Positions 9,812-18,648 of a stretch of 64,000 nucleotides of DNA are shown one piece after another. This stretch comes from an uncultured delta proteobacterium. Lineage in GTDB: Bacteria > Myxococcota > Myxococcia > Myxococcales > Myxococcaceae. Position 1 is the stretch's first letter. Every line of letters begins with the position of its first letter. The DNA lies in the NCBI GenBank assembly GCA_963771175.1, contig CAVYSY010000023.1, forward strand, positions 34,139 through 98,138, in the 5' to 3' direction. Below the pieces are notes generated by a model. The model had not been told where the DNA came from. It saw only the letters and a program-made list of their open reading frames with translations, and ran no database searches. Both the position numbers and the translations under genes were made by a program.

Positions 9812-12058
9812 TTGAGCGGTCAGCAGGCGGTTCTCCAGGTCGTCATCCTTCGCGACGGGCTCCTCGTGGGCACGGAGGTGTTCACGCCGGGCACGTACGC
9901 GCTCGGCTCGGACCCCTCCGCTGACCTGCGGCTGGACGACGTCACCATCACCCGGCGCCACGCCGTCCTCTATTTCCAGAACGGGCGCGCTGCCATCCAG
10001 GACGCGGGCTCGGGCTCGGGTGTCTACGTCAACGGCCACCGCATCTCCGCGTGTGAGATCCGCTCGACGGACGAGGTGCTCTGCGGTCCCTTCGTCCTGA
10101 AGACCCGCGTGCTCTCGCAGCAACCTCGGGACACCCGGCCGCAGCCGCCTCCGGAGGTGGCCGCCCTGCTCGGAGCCTCGCCGCCCCCGGCCGCGCCGCT
10201 GCCGCCCCGGGCCGCCGCCCCGGTGCCTCCCGTCCCCTCGCCGCAGCAGCTCGCCGCCACCCAGCCCATCGCGAGGCCCTCGGGTTCGATGCGGCCCGCG
10301 TCGGCCGTGCCACCACCGCCGCCCCCGGCCACCGTGCCCCTGGCACGCGCCAGCGTGGCCCCGACGATTCCGGGCGACACCGCCGTCTATGGTGAGAGCC
10401 CCACGGACGTCTCGCCACCGCCGAGAGCCGCCGCCAGCCCTGGCCCTGGAGCCTCGGCCGCTCCGGTGCGAGCCGTCCCACCTTCCGAGCCCCCCGCCCC
10501 GCCCGTGTCGACCGGCACCCTGCCCTCGGCGCGGCGCCGCACGCCCCAGCCGGTGCGGCCCCCGGCTCCGTCGCTCGTGCTGGCGGATGAGCTGCTCGCG
10601 GACCTGCCGCCGGACCTGCGACCCACGCAGGCGCCGGCCACCGAGCAGCCGTGGAGGAACGCACCGCTCGCCCGACCCACGCACGCGCCGCGCCTGGACC
10701 CGGCCCGGGGTCCCGCGCACCTCTACCTGGAGCTCTACTGGGGCGCCGTGCGTCGAGAGGCGCGCCGCTTCGCTCCGGGCCGCAAGCCGGTGAAGGCGGC
10801 CGCGGACGAGCAGGCACCCATGCCGCTGTGGGGCTTCAACCTCCCGGCGGAGCCCTTCACGCTGGCCGAGTCCGTCAACGGCGCCTTCCGCCTCTACGTG
10901 CCGAAGGGCACGCAGGTGGAGCGCAGCGGACAGGATGGCCGCTTCACGCCGGTGGCCGCCAACGCGCTGGAGGCCGAGGGAGAGCGCCGCTATCTCACCC
11001 TGCGCGCGGGTACCGCCGCGCGCCTCACCCAGGGCGAGATGTCGCTGGTGGCCTGCGCCGCCCCGCTGCCCGAGAAGGTGCGCGTCAACCCGCTCAAGGG
11101 GCTGCCCTGGCTGGCGCTCGGGAGCTTCTTCTTCCTCGCCTCGGCACTGGGTGGCTTCATCGCCGTCATGCCCAAGACGCCGGAGGGCGCGGACTTCACC
11201 CAGAAGAACCTGCCGCCCGTGGCCCTGCGCCTCATCGCGCCCCAGCCGAAGAAGAAGGAAGAGGCCCGGAAGAAGCTCGAGGCCATCAAGAAGGCCAACC
11301 CGAAGCAGGTGGCCAACAAGGACACCCAGAAGCCCGTGACTCCGGAGCCTCCCACGCCCAAGCCCCAGCGGCAGCGGAAGCCACAGCCCAAGGAGGAGGC
11401 GGTGGCGGCGGCGCCCGAGTCCAATGCCCTCAAGGCCCTGTCGAAGCTGTCAGCCGCCGGCCCGGCCACGAAGGACATGCTGGCCGCGGTGGACAAGCTG
11501 GGCAGCGGCCCGGGCAGCAAGAACGCGAAGAACTCCAACTTCAAGCTCTCCGGACTGATCGGCAAGGCGCCCATCGCCAACGCGGGCCTGGGAACCTTCG
11601 GGCTGGGCGGCGGGGGCAAGGGCGGCGGGGCCACGCTGGGCGCGGAGATTCTGCGAGGCAAGGGCGGTGGCGGCATCGGCGCGCTGGGCGCTGGTGGCGT
11701 GGGCAAGGGCAAGGTGGGCGGCACGGTGACGAGGGCCACCGCGCGCACCATCGCCGCGCAGGGCTCCATCGACAGAGATGCCGTGGCCAAGGTGGTGAAC
11801 AGCCACCTGCAGGAGGTGTACGCCTGCTATGAGCGCGCGCTGCTCAAGGACCCGGGGCTCGCCGGCAAGGTGGTGCTGGAGTGGACCATCGGCACCAACG
11901 GCCGCGTGGTGGCCACCAAGACGAAGTCCTCCACCCTGCGTAGCCCCTCCGTCGAGGCCTGCATCCTCGGGGGCCTCAAGACGTGGACGTTCCCGCCCGC
12001 CAAGGGCGGCGCCGTCATCATCACCTACCCGTTCATCTTCAACTCGGTCGGCTACTGA
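9812..12058 (+). CDS. GltG-like protein: FHA, Pro-rich linker, TM, Gly-rich region, TonB-C/AgmX-PglI C-terminal domain
   Basis: FHA (ITRRHA...GSGSGVYVNG); a single TM; C-terminal CYERAL...GKVVLEWTI...WTFP...ITYPFIF. Confidence 0.85.
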   Translation: MSGQQAVLQVVILRDGLLVGTEVFTPGTYALGSDPSADLRLDDVTITRRHAVLYFQNGRAAIQDAGSGSGVYVNGHRISACEIRSTDEVLCGPFVLKTRVLSQQPRDTRPQPPPEVAALLGASPPPAAPLPPRAAAPVPPVPSPQQLAATQPIARPSGSMRPASAVPPPPPPATVPLARASVAPTIPGDTAVYGESPTDVSPPPRAAASPGPGASAAPVRAVPPSEPPAPPVSTGTLPSARRRTPQPVRPPAPSLVLADELLADLPPDLRPTQAPATEQPWRNAPLARPTHAPRLDPARGPAHLYLELYWGAVRREARRFAPGRKPVKAAADEQAPMPLWGFNLPAEPFTLAESVNGAFRLYVPKGTQVERSGQDGRFTPVAANALEAEGERRYLTLRAGTAARLTQGEMSLVACAAPLPEKVRVNPLKGLPWLALGSFFFLASALGGFIAVMPKTPEGADFTQKNLPPVALRLIAPQPKKKEEARKKLEAIKKANPKQVANKDTQKPVTPEPPTPKPQRQRKPQPKEEAVAAAPESNALKALSKLSAAGPATKDMLAAVDKLGSGPGSKNAKNSNFKLSGLIGKAPIANAGLGTFGLGGGGKGGGATLGAEILRGKGGGGIGALGAGGVGKGKVGGTVTRATARTIAAQGSIDRDAVAKVVNSHLQEVYACYERALLKDPGLAGKVVLEWTIGTNGRVVATKTKSSTLRSPSVEACILGGLKTWTFPPAKGGAVIITYPFIFNSVGY

Positions 12059-12100
12059 CGCGCTTCCCCGCGTCGTACCGGCCTCCGCCAGGACCGAACC

Positions 12101-12739
12101 GTGCGATACGCCCTGCTCCTCCTCTTGAGCCTCCTGCTCCCCGGCCTGGCCCGGGCCCAGGCCGAGGCGCTCGAGAACCCCGGCACCGTCTCCGCCGTCC
12201 AGGAGCGGCTGTACCGGATGAACCACGAACTGACGCTCGGCGTGGGCGTGCTGCCCGCGGATGCCTTCTACAAGGGAGTGCTCGGCAGCGTCGGCTACAC
12301 CTACCACTTCAGCGACAGCTTCGCCTGGCAGGTGGGCCGCGGCAGCTACAGCTACAACCTGAAGACGAGCCTGCGCGAGCAACTCGAGCGCGACTTCGAG
12401 GTGTCCCCCACCAACACCGCCTTCGAGGAGCAGGTGCAGTGGATGGTGGGCTCGGACCTGGTGTGGAGCCCCATCTACGGGAAGATGGCGATCAACAACC
12501 GCTCGGTGGTGCACTTCGCCGGCTTCCTGCTGGGCGGCGCGACGGTGATGAAGCTCGAGCGCGCCGACGGCTTCCGCCCCGCCGTCAACCTGGGCCTGGG
12601 CGTGCGCGTCTTCACCGGCCGCAACGTCTCCTTCCGGTTCGACGTGACGAACAACGTCGTCTTCGTGGGCGCCACCCGCATCATCCAAGTGCCCACGCTG
12701 CAGCTCTCAACCGCGCTCAACTTCGGCGCCACGGAATGA
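12101..12739 (+). CDS. Outer-membrane beta-barrel protein (GltA/B/H-like)
   Basis: Signal peptide; AVQERLY motif; amphipathic beta-strand pattern; WSPIYGK. Confidence 0.8.
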   Translation: MRYALLLLLSLLLPGLARAQAEALENPGTVSAVQERLYRMNHELTLGVGVLPADAFYKGVLGSVGYTYHFSDSFAWQVGRGSYSYNLKTSLREQLERDFEVSPTNTAFEEQVQWMVGSDLVWSPIYGKMAINNRSVVHFAGFLLGGATVMKLERADGFRPAVNLGLGVRVFTGRNVSFRFDVTNNVVFVGATRIIQVPTLQLSTALNFGATE

Positions 12740-14292
12740 CTCCCCGCTCACTGCTCGCCGCGCTCGTCTCCGCCGCGCTGCTCGCCGCGCCCGCTCGGGC
12801 CCAGGCGGGGGAGGCGCCAGCGGACTCCCCTGCCCCCGCTCCCGCCAACGGCGCCCCGGCTCCGAAGCCGGCCGCGCCCGCCGAGGCCGCACCCGCGGAG
12901 GAAGCCCCTCCGCCCCCGGCCGAGAAGGTGCCGGACGAGGTGTTCGACAAGGCGCTGGCGGACTACTTCGCCGGCAACCCGCGCGCCGCCGCCGGGCCGC
13001 TCTACGCGTGGCTCTCCGCGGCGCCCCGGACGCACGAGAACTACGCCTGGGCGCAGTACTTCCTGGCGCGCAGCCTCATCGACCTGGGCTTCACCCACGC
13101 GGGCGGCGTGTACCTGGCCCGCATCGCCCGGGAGCGCTCCAACCCCAACGTGCTGCCCCGCGCACTGGAGACGCTGCGCGAGCTGACGGACCGGCCGCAC
13201 GACGAGGTGATGATCGACGAGCAGGTGTTCGGGGCGCTCGACCTGGGCTTCCTGCCGGAGGAGACGGGGGCCTACGCGCACTACCAGCAGGGACTGGTGG
13301 ACCTGCGCGTGGGCAACGAGCGCTGGGCCAGCACGCACTTCTCCAAGCTGCCCGAGGGCAGCGCCGAGGCCAGTCGCGCCCGCTACGCGCTGCTCGTCAC
13401 CCGGCTGCGCGAGGTGAAGGAGCCCAACGACGAGCTCATCGAGGATTTCCTCGCGCTGTCCAAGGACGAGAAGCTCACCCGCGAGTCGCGCAACGAGGCG
13501 GCTCTGGCGGTGGCTCGCCTGCGCTACGAGCGCAATGACTACAAGCGAGCGCTGGAGGCCTACGAACTGGTGAAGCTGCCGGAGCTCGACCCGGGCCGGG
13601 CCACGCTGTACCTGGAGGAGGCGTGGACGCGCTACAAGCTGGGCGAGCCGCGCGCCTCGATGGGCATCCTCACCACGCTGGACGCGCCCGCCTTCCGGGA
13701 CGAGTTCCTCCCGGACAAGTACCTGCTGCGCGCCCTCATCTACCGGGATTTGTGCCACTACCTGCCGGCCAAGCGCGCGGCGAAGGAACTGACGCGGCGC
13801 TTCGCGGACTCGCTGGAGGCCGTCCACAGCCGCGAGGACCTGACGCAGGACGCGCGCCTGCGCCGGGCGGCGAGCGCCCATGGCACCACGAGGCGGGCCG
13901 CGAAGTTCCTGGAGGTGCTGGAGCTGGAGGGTGAGCGCCTGGGCCGCTACGCCGGCAGCTTCGGCGAGCGCCTCTACAAGCACCTGACCAAGACGTATGA
14001 CCTGTCGCACGCCGAGGCCCGGCGCGTGTACCAGACGCGACTGGAGGAGGCGGTGCGCCAGGAGGCGGACACGCTGCTGCGCGCGGCCGAGCAGGTTCGA
14101 CTGATGGAGTACGAAGTGGGCCTGAAGCTGTACGAGCGCGTGAAGAAGGGCGCGAAGGTGGTGGCACCGCCCGAGGAGGAGCTGCTGTCGCCCTCGCAGG
14201 TGGGCTTCCGTTTCGATGGCGAGTACTGGAACGACGAGCTGCGCTCGTACCGCGTCCGCCTCGAGAGCCGCTGCATCGAGGAGAACCCATGA
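12736..14292 (+). CDS. Exported TPR protein (GltC-like)
   Basis: ATGA overlap; signal peptide; TPR helices; C-terminal FDGEYWNDEL..YRV...C typical of GltC-like proteins. Confidence 0.8.
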   Translation: MTPRSLLAALVSAALLAAPARAQAGEAPADSPAPAPANGAPAPKPAAPAEAAPAEEAPPPPAEKVPDEVFDKALADYFAGNPRAAAGPLYAWLSAAPRTHENYAWAQYFLARSLIDLGFTHAGGVYLARIARERSNPNVLPRALETLRELTDRPHDEVMIDEQVFGALDLGFLPEETGAYAHYQQGLVDLRVGNERWASTHFSKLPEGSAEASRARYALLVTRLREVKEPNDELIEDFLALSKDEKLTRESRNEAALAVARLRYERNDYKRALEAYELVKLPELDPGRATLYLEEAWTRYKLGEPRASMGILTTLDAPAFRDEFLPDKYLLRALIYRDLCHYLPAKRAAKELTRRFADSLEAVHSREDLTQDARLRRAASAHGTTRRAAKFLEVLELEGERLGRYAGSFGERLYKHLTKTYDLSHAEARRVYQTRLEEAVRQEADTLLRAAEQVRLMEYEVGLKLYERVKKGAKVVAPPEEELLSPSQVGFRFDGEYWNDELRSYRVRLESRCIEENP

Positions 14293-17200
14293 CCGGCCCC
14301 CTGACCGGCCTGCTCATCGCGGCGATGCTCGCCGCCGGCCCCGTCAACCCCATCGCGTCCAAGGCGAAGGAGCGCGAGGAGCTCATCGAGAAGCTCAAGC
14401 GCGACATCTTCAAGGTGGACCGCGCCCTTGGCGAGACGGAGCGGCTCATCACGAAGAGCCGCAACGCGCCCTACCTGCCGGACCTGCAGTTCCGGCTGGC
14501 CGAGCTGTACGTGGAGAAGAGCCGCTACGTGTACTACCTCCAGGCGGAGCAGCGTCCGCCCGGGGCGAGCGGTGCCCTGGTCTCGCCCGAGACGCGCCTG
14601 CTGAAGCAGAAGGCCGTGCAGATGTACTACCGGCTGCAGCGCGAGTGGCCGGACTTCCACGACGGCGACAAGGTGCACTTCTACCTCGCGCACGAGCAGC
14701 GCGAGCTGGGCTCCTTCGACGAGATGCTCAAGACGCTGGACGACCTGGTGCGCAAGTACCCGACCAGCCCGCTGCGACTGGAGGCGCTGCAGATTCTCGG
14801 CGACCACCACTTCGACAAGGCGGACCTGGCCACCGCGGAGAAGCACTACGCGATGATTCTGGAGGCCCCGCCCTCGCCGGTGCACGACCTGGCCCGCTAC
14901 AAGATGGGGTGGATTCGCGTGAACCAGAGCAAGCACGCGGAGGCGGTGCCCTTCTTCGAGGCCGCCGCGGCGAGCGCTCCGCTGCCCGGGGTGGACGTGC
15001 AGAAGTCGCTCAACGTGAAGCGCGAGGCGCTGTTGGATCTCGTCTACAGCTACACGGAGGCGAGGCCGGCACGCGGCGCGCTCAACTACTTCGAGAAGCT
15101 CAGCGACAGCCGGGCCACCTACGCGCTCGCGCTGGACAAGCTGGGCAACCGCTACTTCATCAAGGCGCAGTACGAGTACGCCATCCCCGCGCTGCGCAAG
15201 CTGATGGAGCTGCAGCACGACCCGGAGCTGGACCTGGAGCGCGGGCAGCGGCTGTACGACGCGCTCAAGGCGGCCAAGGGCAAGGTGCTGCCGGAGCCGG
15301 AGGACCTCCGCTTCCTGGTGCGCGCGGCGGTGACGAGCAAGACGGACCCGGAGCTGGACGAGGCCGAGCGCAAGAAGCACCTGGCGGAGATGGAGGAGAT
15401 GGCGCGAGACCTGGCCACACAGCTCCACGTGGCGGCACAAGCGCAGAAGAAGGAGGACAAGGCGCTGTACGTGAAGGCGGCGGCGGCCTACCAGGAGTAC
15501 CTCGGGCTCTTCCGGCCGGAGCAGTACGTGCGGACGATGATGAAGAACCGCGCGGAGGCACTCTTCGCCGCCAGGGAGTTCCCCGAGGCGGCGCGCCAGT
15601 TCGAGGAGCTGGCCCGCTACGAGGAGAAGGCGAAGGACGACAAGGGCGTGGAAGCGGCGATGTACGGCGCGCTGCTGGCGCACTTCTCCACGGTGAAGCC
15701 GGACGAGGCGCAGCGCCGCAATGCCTTCGAGGTGGCGGACGCACGGCAGGCGCTCAAGCTGCTGGGGGCGGACTACGTGTCGCGCTACCCGCAGAGTCCC
15801 AACGTGCTGGAGGTGAAGTTCAACATCGCCCGCGCCTGGTACGAGGACGGCGAGTTCCCCAAGGCGGCCGAGCTCTTCACCGCCTTCGCGCTGACGCACC
15901 CCACGCACAAGGACGCCGCGGCGGCGGGCAACCTCGCGCTCGACAGCCTGCGGCAGGTGAGCGACTTCAAGGGGATGGAGGAGACGGGCCAGAAGTTCAT
16001 CGGCTCGCCGCTGCCGGTGGCCTTCCAGAACGACGTGAAGCGCATCCTCGCCCAGACGAAGGCCGAGGCCCTGGACGAGCTGGCGCTGAAGAGCTCGCAG
16101 GAGACGGGCGACGTCATCGAGGGCCTGATGAAGGTGGCCAACGAGAACAAGGGCGCGGAGCTGGGCGAGAAGGCCCTCTACGGCGCCTTCACGGCGGCGC
16201 GTGACAAGCGGGACTTGGGGCGCGAGCGGGAGATTGGCAAGCGACTCACGGACGAGTACCCGAAGAGCCAGTACGTGCCGGACGTGCTGCTGACGCTGGG
16301 CCGGCACGCGGCGGAGGCCGCGGCCTTCAACGAGGCGGCGAGCGCGTTCGAGACGGTGGGAGTGAAGCTGGGCTCGGACGTGGCGGCGGTGGACGGCTGG
16401 CTGACGGGCGCGCGGCTGCGGCAGGCCATGGGCCAGTTCCGCGAGGCGGCGCGTGACTTGGAGGCGGCGGCGGAGGTGGCGGGGGCGCGCAAGGCGGAGG
16501 TGATGGTGCTGCTGGCGGAGGCGCACCTGAAGAGCCGGGACTACGTGAAGGCGAAGACGGCGGCGGACCTGGCGCTGAAGCTGGACAGGACGAGCGCGGC
16601 GGCGGTGGCGGTGCTGGCGGAGGTGCAGGCCACCACGGCGGTGAAGGACGCGCCGGACGGCCTCATCAAGACGCTGACGGCGGCGGTGCAGGGCCCCAAC
16701 GGGCAGACGGAGGAGGCGGCCAGGGGACTCTGGTACCTGGGTGAAATCCTCTATCGCTCCTACAAGGACCTGCCGGCGGACAAGGTGGAGGAGAAGGTGT
16801 CGGCTCTGCAGGGGCTGGAGGGCGTGTACACGCAGGCCGCGTCGCTGGGCTATCCCGAGTGGGCGGTGGCCTCGCTGTGGAAGGTGGGCCTCTCGTACGC
16901 GCACCTGGCGGACGTGGTGGAGGCGACGCCGACTCCGGCGGGGGCATCCGCGGCGGACGCACAGGCGTTCCGCAAGGCGGTGGCCGAGCAGGTGGGGTCG
17001 CTGCGGGAGCGGGCACAGAGTGCCTTCGAGGCGTGCGTGTCGCGCGCGGAGTCGCTGGAGGTGTTCAACGCGGCGGTGGTGGGTTGCCGCTCGAAGAACG
17101 AGGCGGTGGCGCTGCCGGTACCGGTGCCGGGAACGTCCACCCAGCCCGCCTCTCTGGAAGAGCTGCGCAAGAAGGCGGAGGCCACGCTGACGGCCGAGGC

Positions 17201-17537
17201 GCTGGAGTCGCTGGGCCTGGGCTACCTGGGCGCGAACCAGTTCGGCCTGGCGCAGCTCACGCTGGGGCGGGTGACGGAGCTGCAGGACACGCGGGCCTCG
17301 GCTCACAGCGCGCTGGGCTGGGCGCTGCTGAACCAGGGGGACGCGATGGGGGCGCGCGAGGCGTACGCGAAGGCGCTGGAGGCGGACCCCACGTATGACA
17401 AGGCGCGGCTGAACCTGGCGTCGCTGCGCTGCCGCTTCGGGGACACCGAGGGGGCGCGGCGCGAGCTGTCGGTGCTCAAGGACGTGGGCGGCCTGTCGGG
17501 CCCCGACGTGGACACCGGGTGGAAGGCCTGCAAATGA
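14289..17537 (+). CDS. Large exported TPR protein (GltD/AgmU-like)
   Basis: 1082-aa ORF with ATGA overlap; FRLAELY, ARYKMGW and many TPRs. Confidence 0.85.
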   Translation: MTGPLTGLLIAAMLAAGPVNPIASKAKEREELIEKLKRDIFKVDRALGETERLITKSRNAPYLPDLQFRLAELYVEKSRYVYYLQAEQRPPGASGALVSPETRLLKQKAVQMYYRLQREWPDFHDGDKVHFYLAHEQRELGSFDEMLKTLDDLVRKYPTSPLRLEALQILGDHHFDKADLATAEKHYAMILEAPPSPVHDLARYKMGWIRVNQSKHAEAVPFFEAAAASAPLPGVDVQKSLNVKREALLDLVYSYTEARPARGALNYFEKLSDSRATYALALDKLGNRYFIKAQYEYAIPALRKLMELQHDPELDLERGQRLYDALKAAKGKVLPEPEDLRFLVRAAVTSKTDPELDEAERKKHLAEMEEMARDLATQLHVAAQAQKKEDKALYVKAAAAYQEYLGLFRPEQYVRTMMKNRAEALFAAREFPEAARQFEELARYEEKAKDDKGVEAAMYGALLAHFSTVKPDEAQRRNAFEVADARQALKLLGADYVSRYPQSPNVLEVKFNIARAWYEDGEFPKAAELFTAFALTHPTHKDAAAAGNLALDSLRQVSDFKGMEETGQKFIGSPLPVAFQNDVKRILAQTKAEALDELALKSSQETGDVIEGLMKVANENKGAELGEKALYGAFTAARDKRDLGREREIGKRLTDEYPKSQYVPDVLLTLGRHAAEAAAFNEAASAFETVGVKLGSDVAAVDGWLTGARLRQAMGQFREAARDLEAAAEVAGARKAEVMVLLAEAHLKSRDYVKAKTAADLALKLDRTSAAAVAVLAEVQATTAVKDAPDGLIKTLTAAVQGPNGQTEEAARGLWYLGEILYRSYKDLPADKVEEKVSALQGLEGVYTQAASLGYPEWAVASLWKVGLSYAHLADVVEATPTPAGASAADAQAFRKAVAEQVGSLRERAQSAFEACVSRAESLEVFNAAVVGCRSKNEAVALPVPVPGTSTQPASLEELRKKAEATLTAEALESLGLGYLGANQFGLAQLTLGRVTELQDTRASAHSALGWALLNQGDAMGAREAYAKALEADPTYDKARLNLASLRCRFGDTEGARRELSVLKDVGGLSGPDVDTGWKACK

Positions 17538-18013
17538 GCGCTCGCGCGTTGCTGGGGCTGCTCCTCGCGGCCCCCCTCACCTCTTGTGCCCCTCCCAAGG
17601 CCCTCGAGGGCAGTGTCACCCCGCTGCTGGACCTCAGCTACGAGCGGGTGGAGGCCCAGGCCACGAAGTCCGAGGTCTCGGTGCGCTTCCTGCGTCCCCA
17701 GGGCGCGGGCGAGGACACCCTCCTCAAGGTGGCGGCGAAGCTGGAGGGCGTGGCCCTGGAGCCCCGCGCCGCCATCCCCCTGGGGCAGCGGGTCGGCGGC
17801 CCCGAGGGCCCGCTGCGAGGAATCGTGAGCCGAAGCGTGCTGGACGAGCCGGTCCGCGCGTTCCCGGACATCGCCCGGGGGGAGCTCGTGTTCGACGGAT
17901 ACCTGGACTCGGGGAAGACCGTGACGGGCGAGCTCCGCGTCACCTTCGCCAACGGCACCGACGTCTACTCTGGCCGTACCATCTTTGGCCGCTTCGAGGC
18001 GACCGTTCCATGA
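17534..18013 (+). CDS. Hypothetical lipoprotein
   Basis: ATGA overlap; LTSC lipobox. Confidence 0.75.
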   Translation: MSARALLGLLLAAPLTSCAPPKALEGSVTPLLDLSYERVEAQATKSEVSVRFLRPQGAGEDTLLKVAAKLEGVALEPRAAIPLGQRVGGPEGPLRGIVSRSVLDEPVRAFPDIARGELVFDGYLDSGKTVTGELRVTFANGTDVYSGRTIFGRFEATVP

Positions 18014-18648
18014 AGCGCACTGTCCTGCCCCTGCTGCTGCTGCTCGCCGCCGCGTGCGGTCCCCGCTACGGGATGCGCGTCCCGGACGCGATGGTGACGA
18101 AGCTCCCCTACGAGACGCGCATCGAGTTGCTGGAGTCGGAGAACGACCTGGCGCTCGCCATCGACCGGATGGACGAGGCCAGCAACGAAATCCTCCGCAC
18201 GCGAGATGCCCTGCGCCGGGCCAAGGGCCGCGAGTCGGCGGCCGAGAACGAGGAGGACCGGGCGCCGGACGAGGCCTCGCGCGAGGTGGCGAAGCTGGCC
18301 ATCGAGGAGGCACGGTCGCGGGTGGAGTACCTGCGGGCGAAGCAGCGTCTCAACGTGGGGCTGCGGGAGGTGGAGGAGCTGGCGCTGCGCTGTGCCTTCG
18401 CGCGCTTCGAGCTGGCGCGGCTGCAGGCGGCGCGCAAGGCGAAGGTGGAGGGCAGCGAGGAGCTGGACCCGAAGGAGTACGAGGCGCAGGTGTCCGAGTG
18501 TGAGACAGAGGTCAAAGAGGAGCGGACGACATTGGCGGCGGACACTGCCCAGGAGAAGACAGCGCGAGAGGCCTGGGAGGTGAAGAAGGCGACCCTGGCG
18601 AAGAAGACTTTCGACGCACGCGCGAGTCCCTACGTGGAGAACCTGTGA
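18010..18648 (+). CDS. Hypothetical coiled-coil lipoprotein
   Basis: MKRTVLPLLLLLAAAC lipobox; charged helical body; overlapping start and stop codons. Confidence 0.8.
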   Translation: MKRTVLPLLLLLAAACGPRYGMRVPDAMVTKLPYETRIELLESENDLALAIDRMDEASNEILRTRDALRRAKGRESAAENEEDRAPDEASREVAKLAIEEARSRVEYLRAKQRLNVGLREVEELALRCAFARFELARLQAARKAKVEGSEELDPKEYEAQVSECETEVKEERTTLAADTAQEKTAREAWEVKKATLAKKTFDARASPYVENL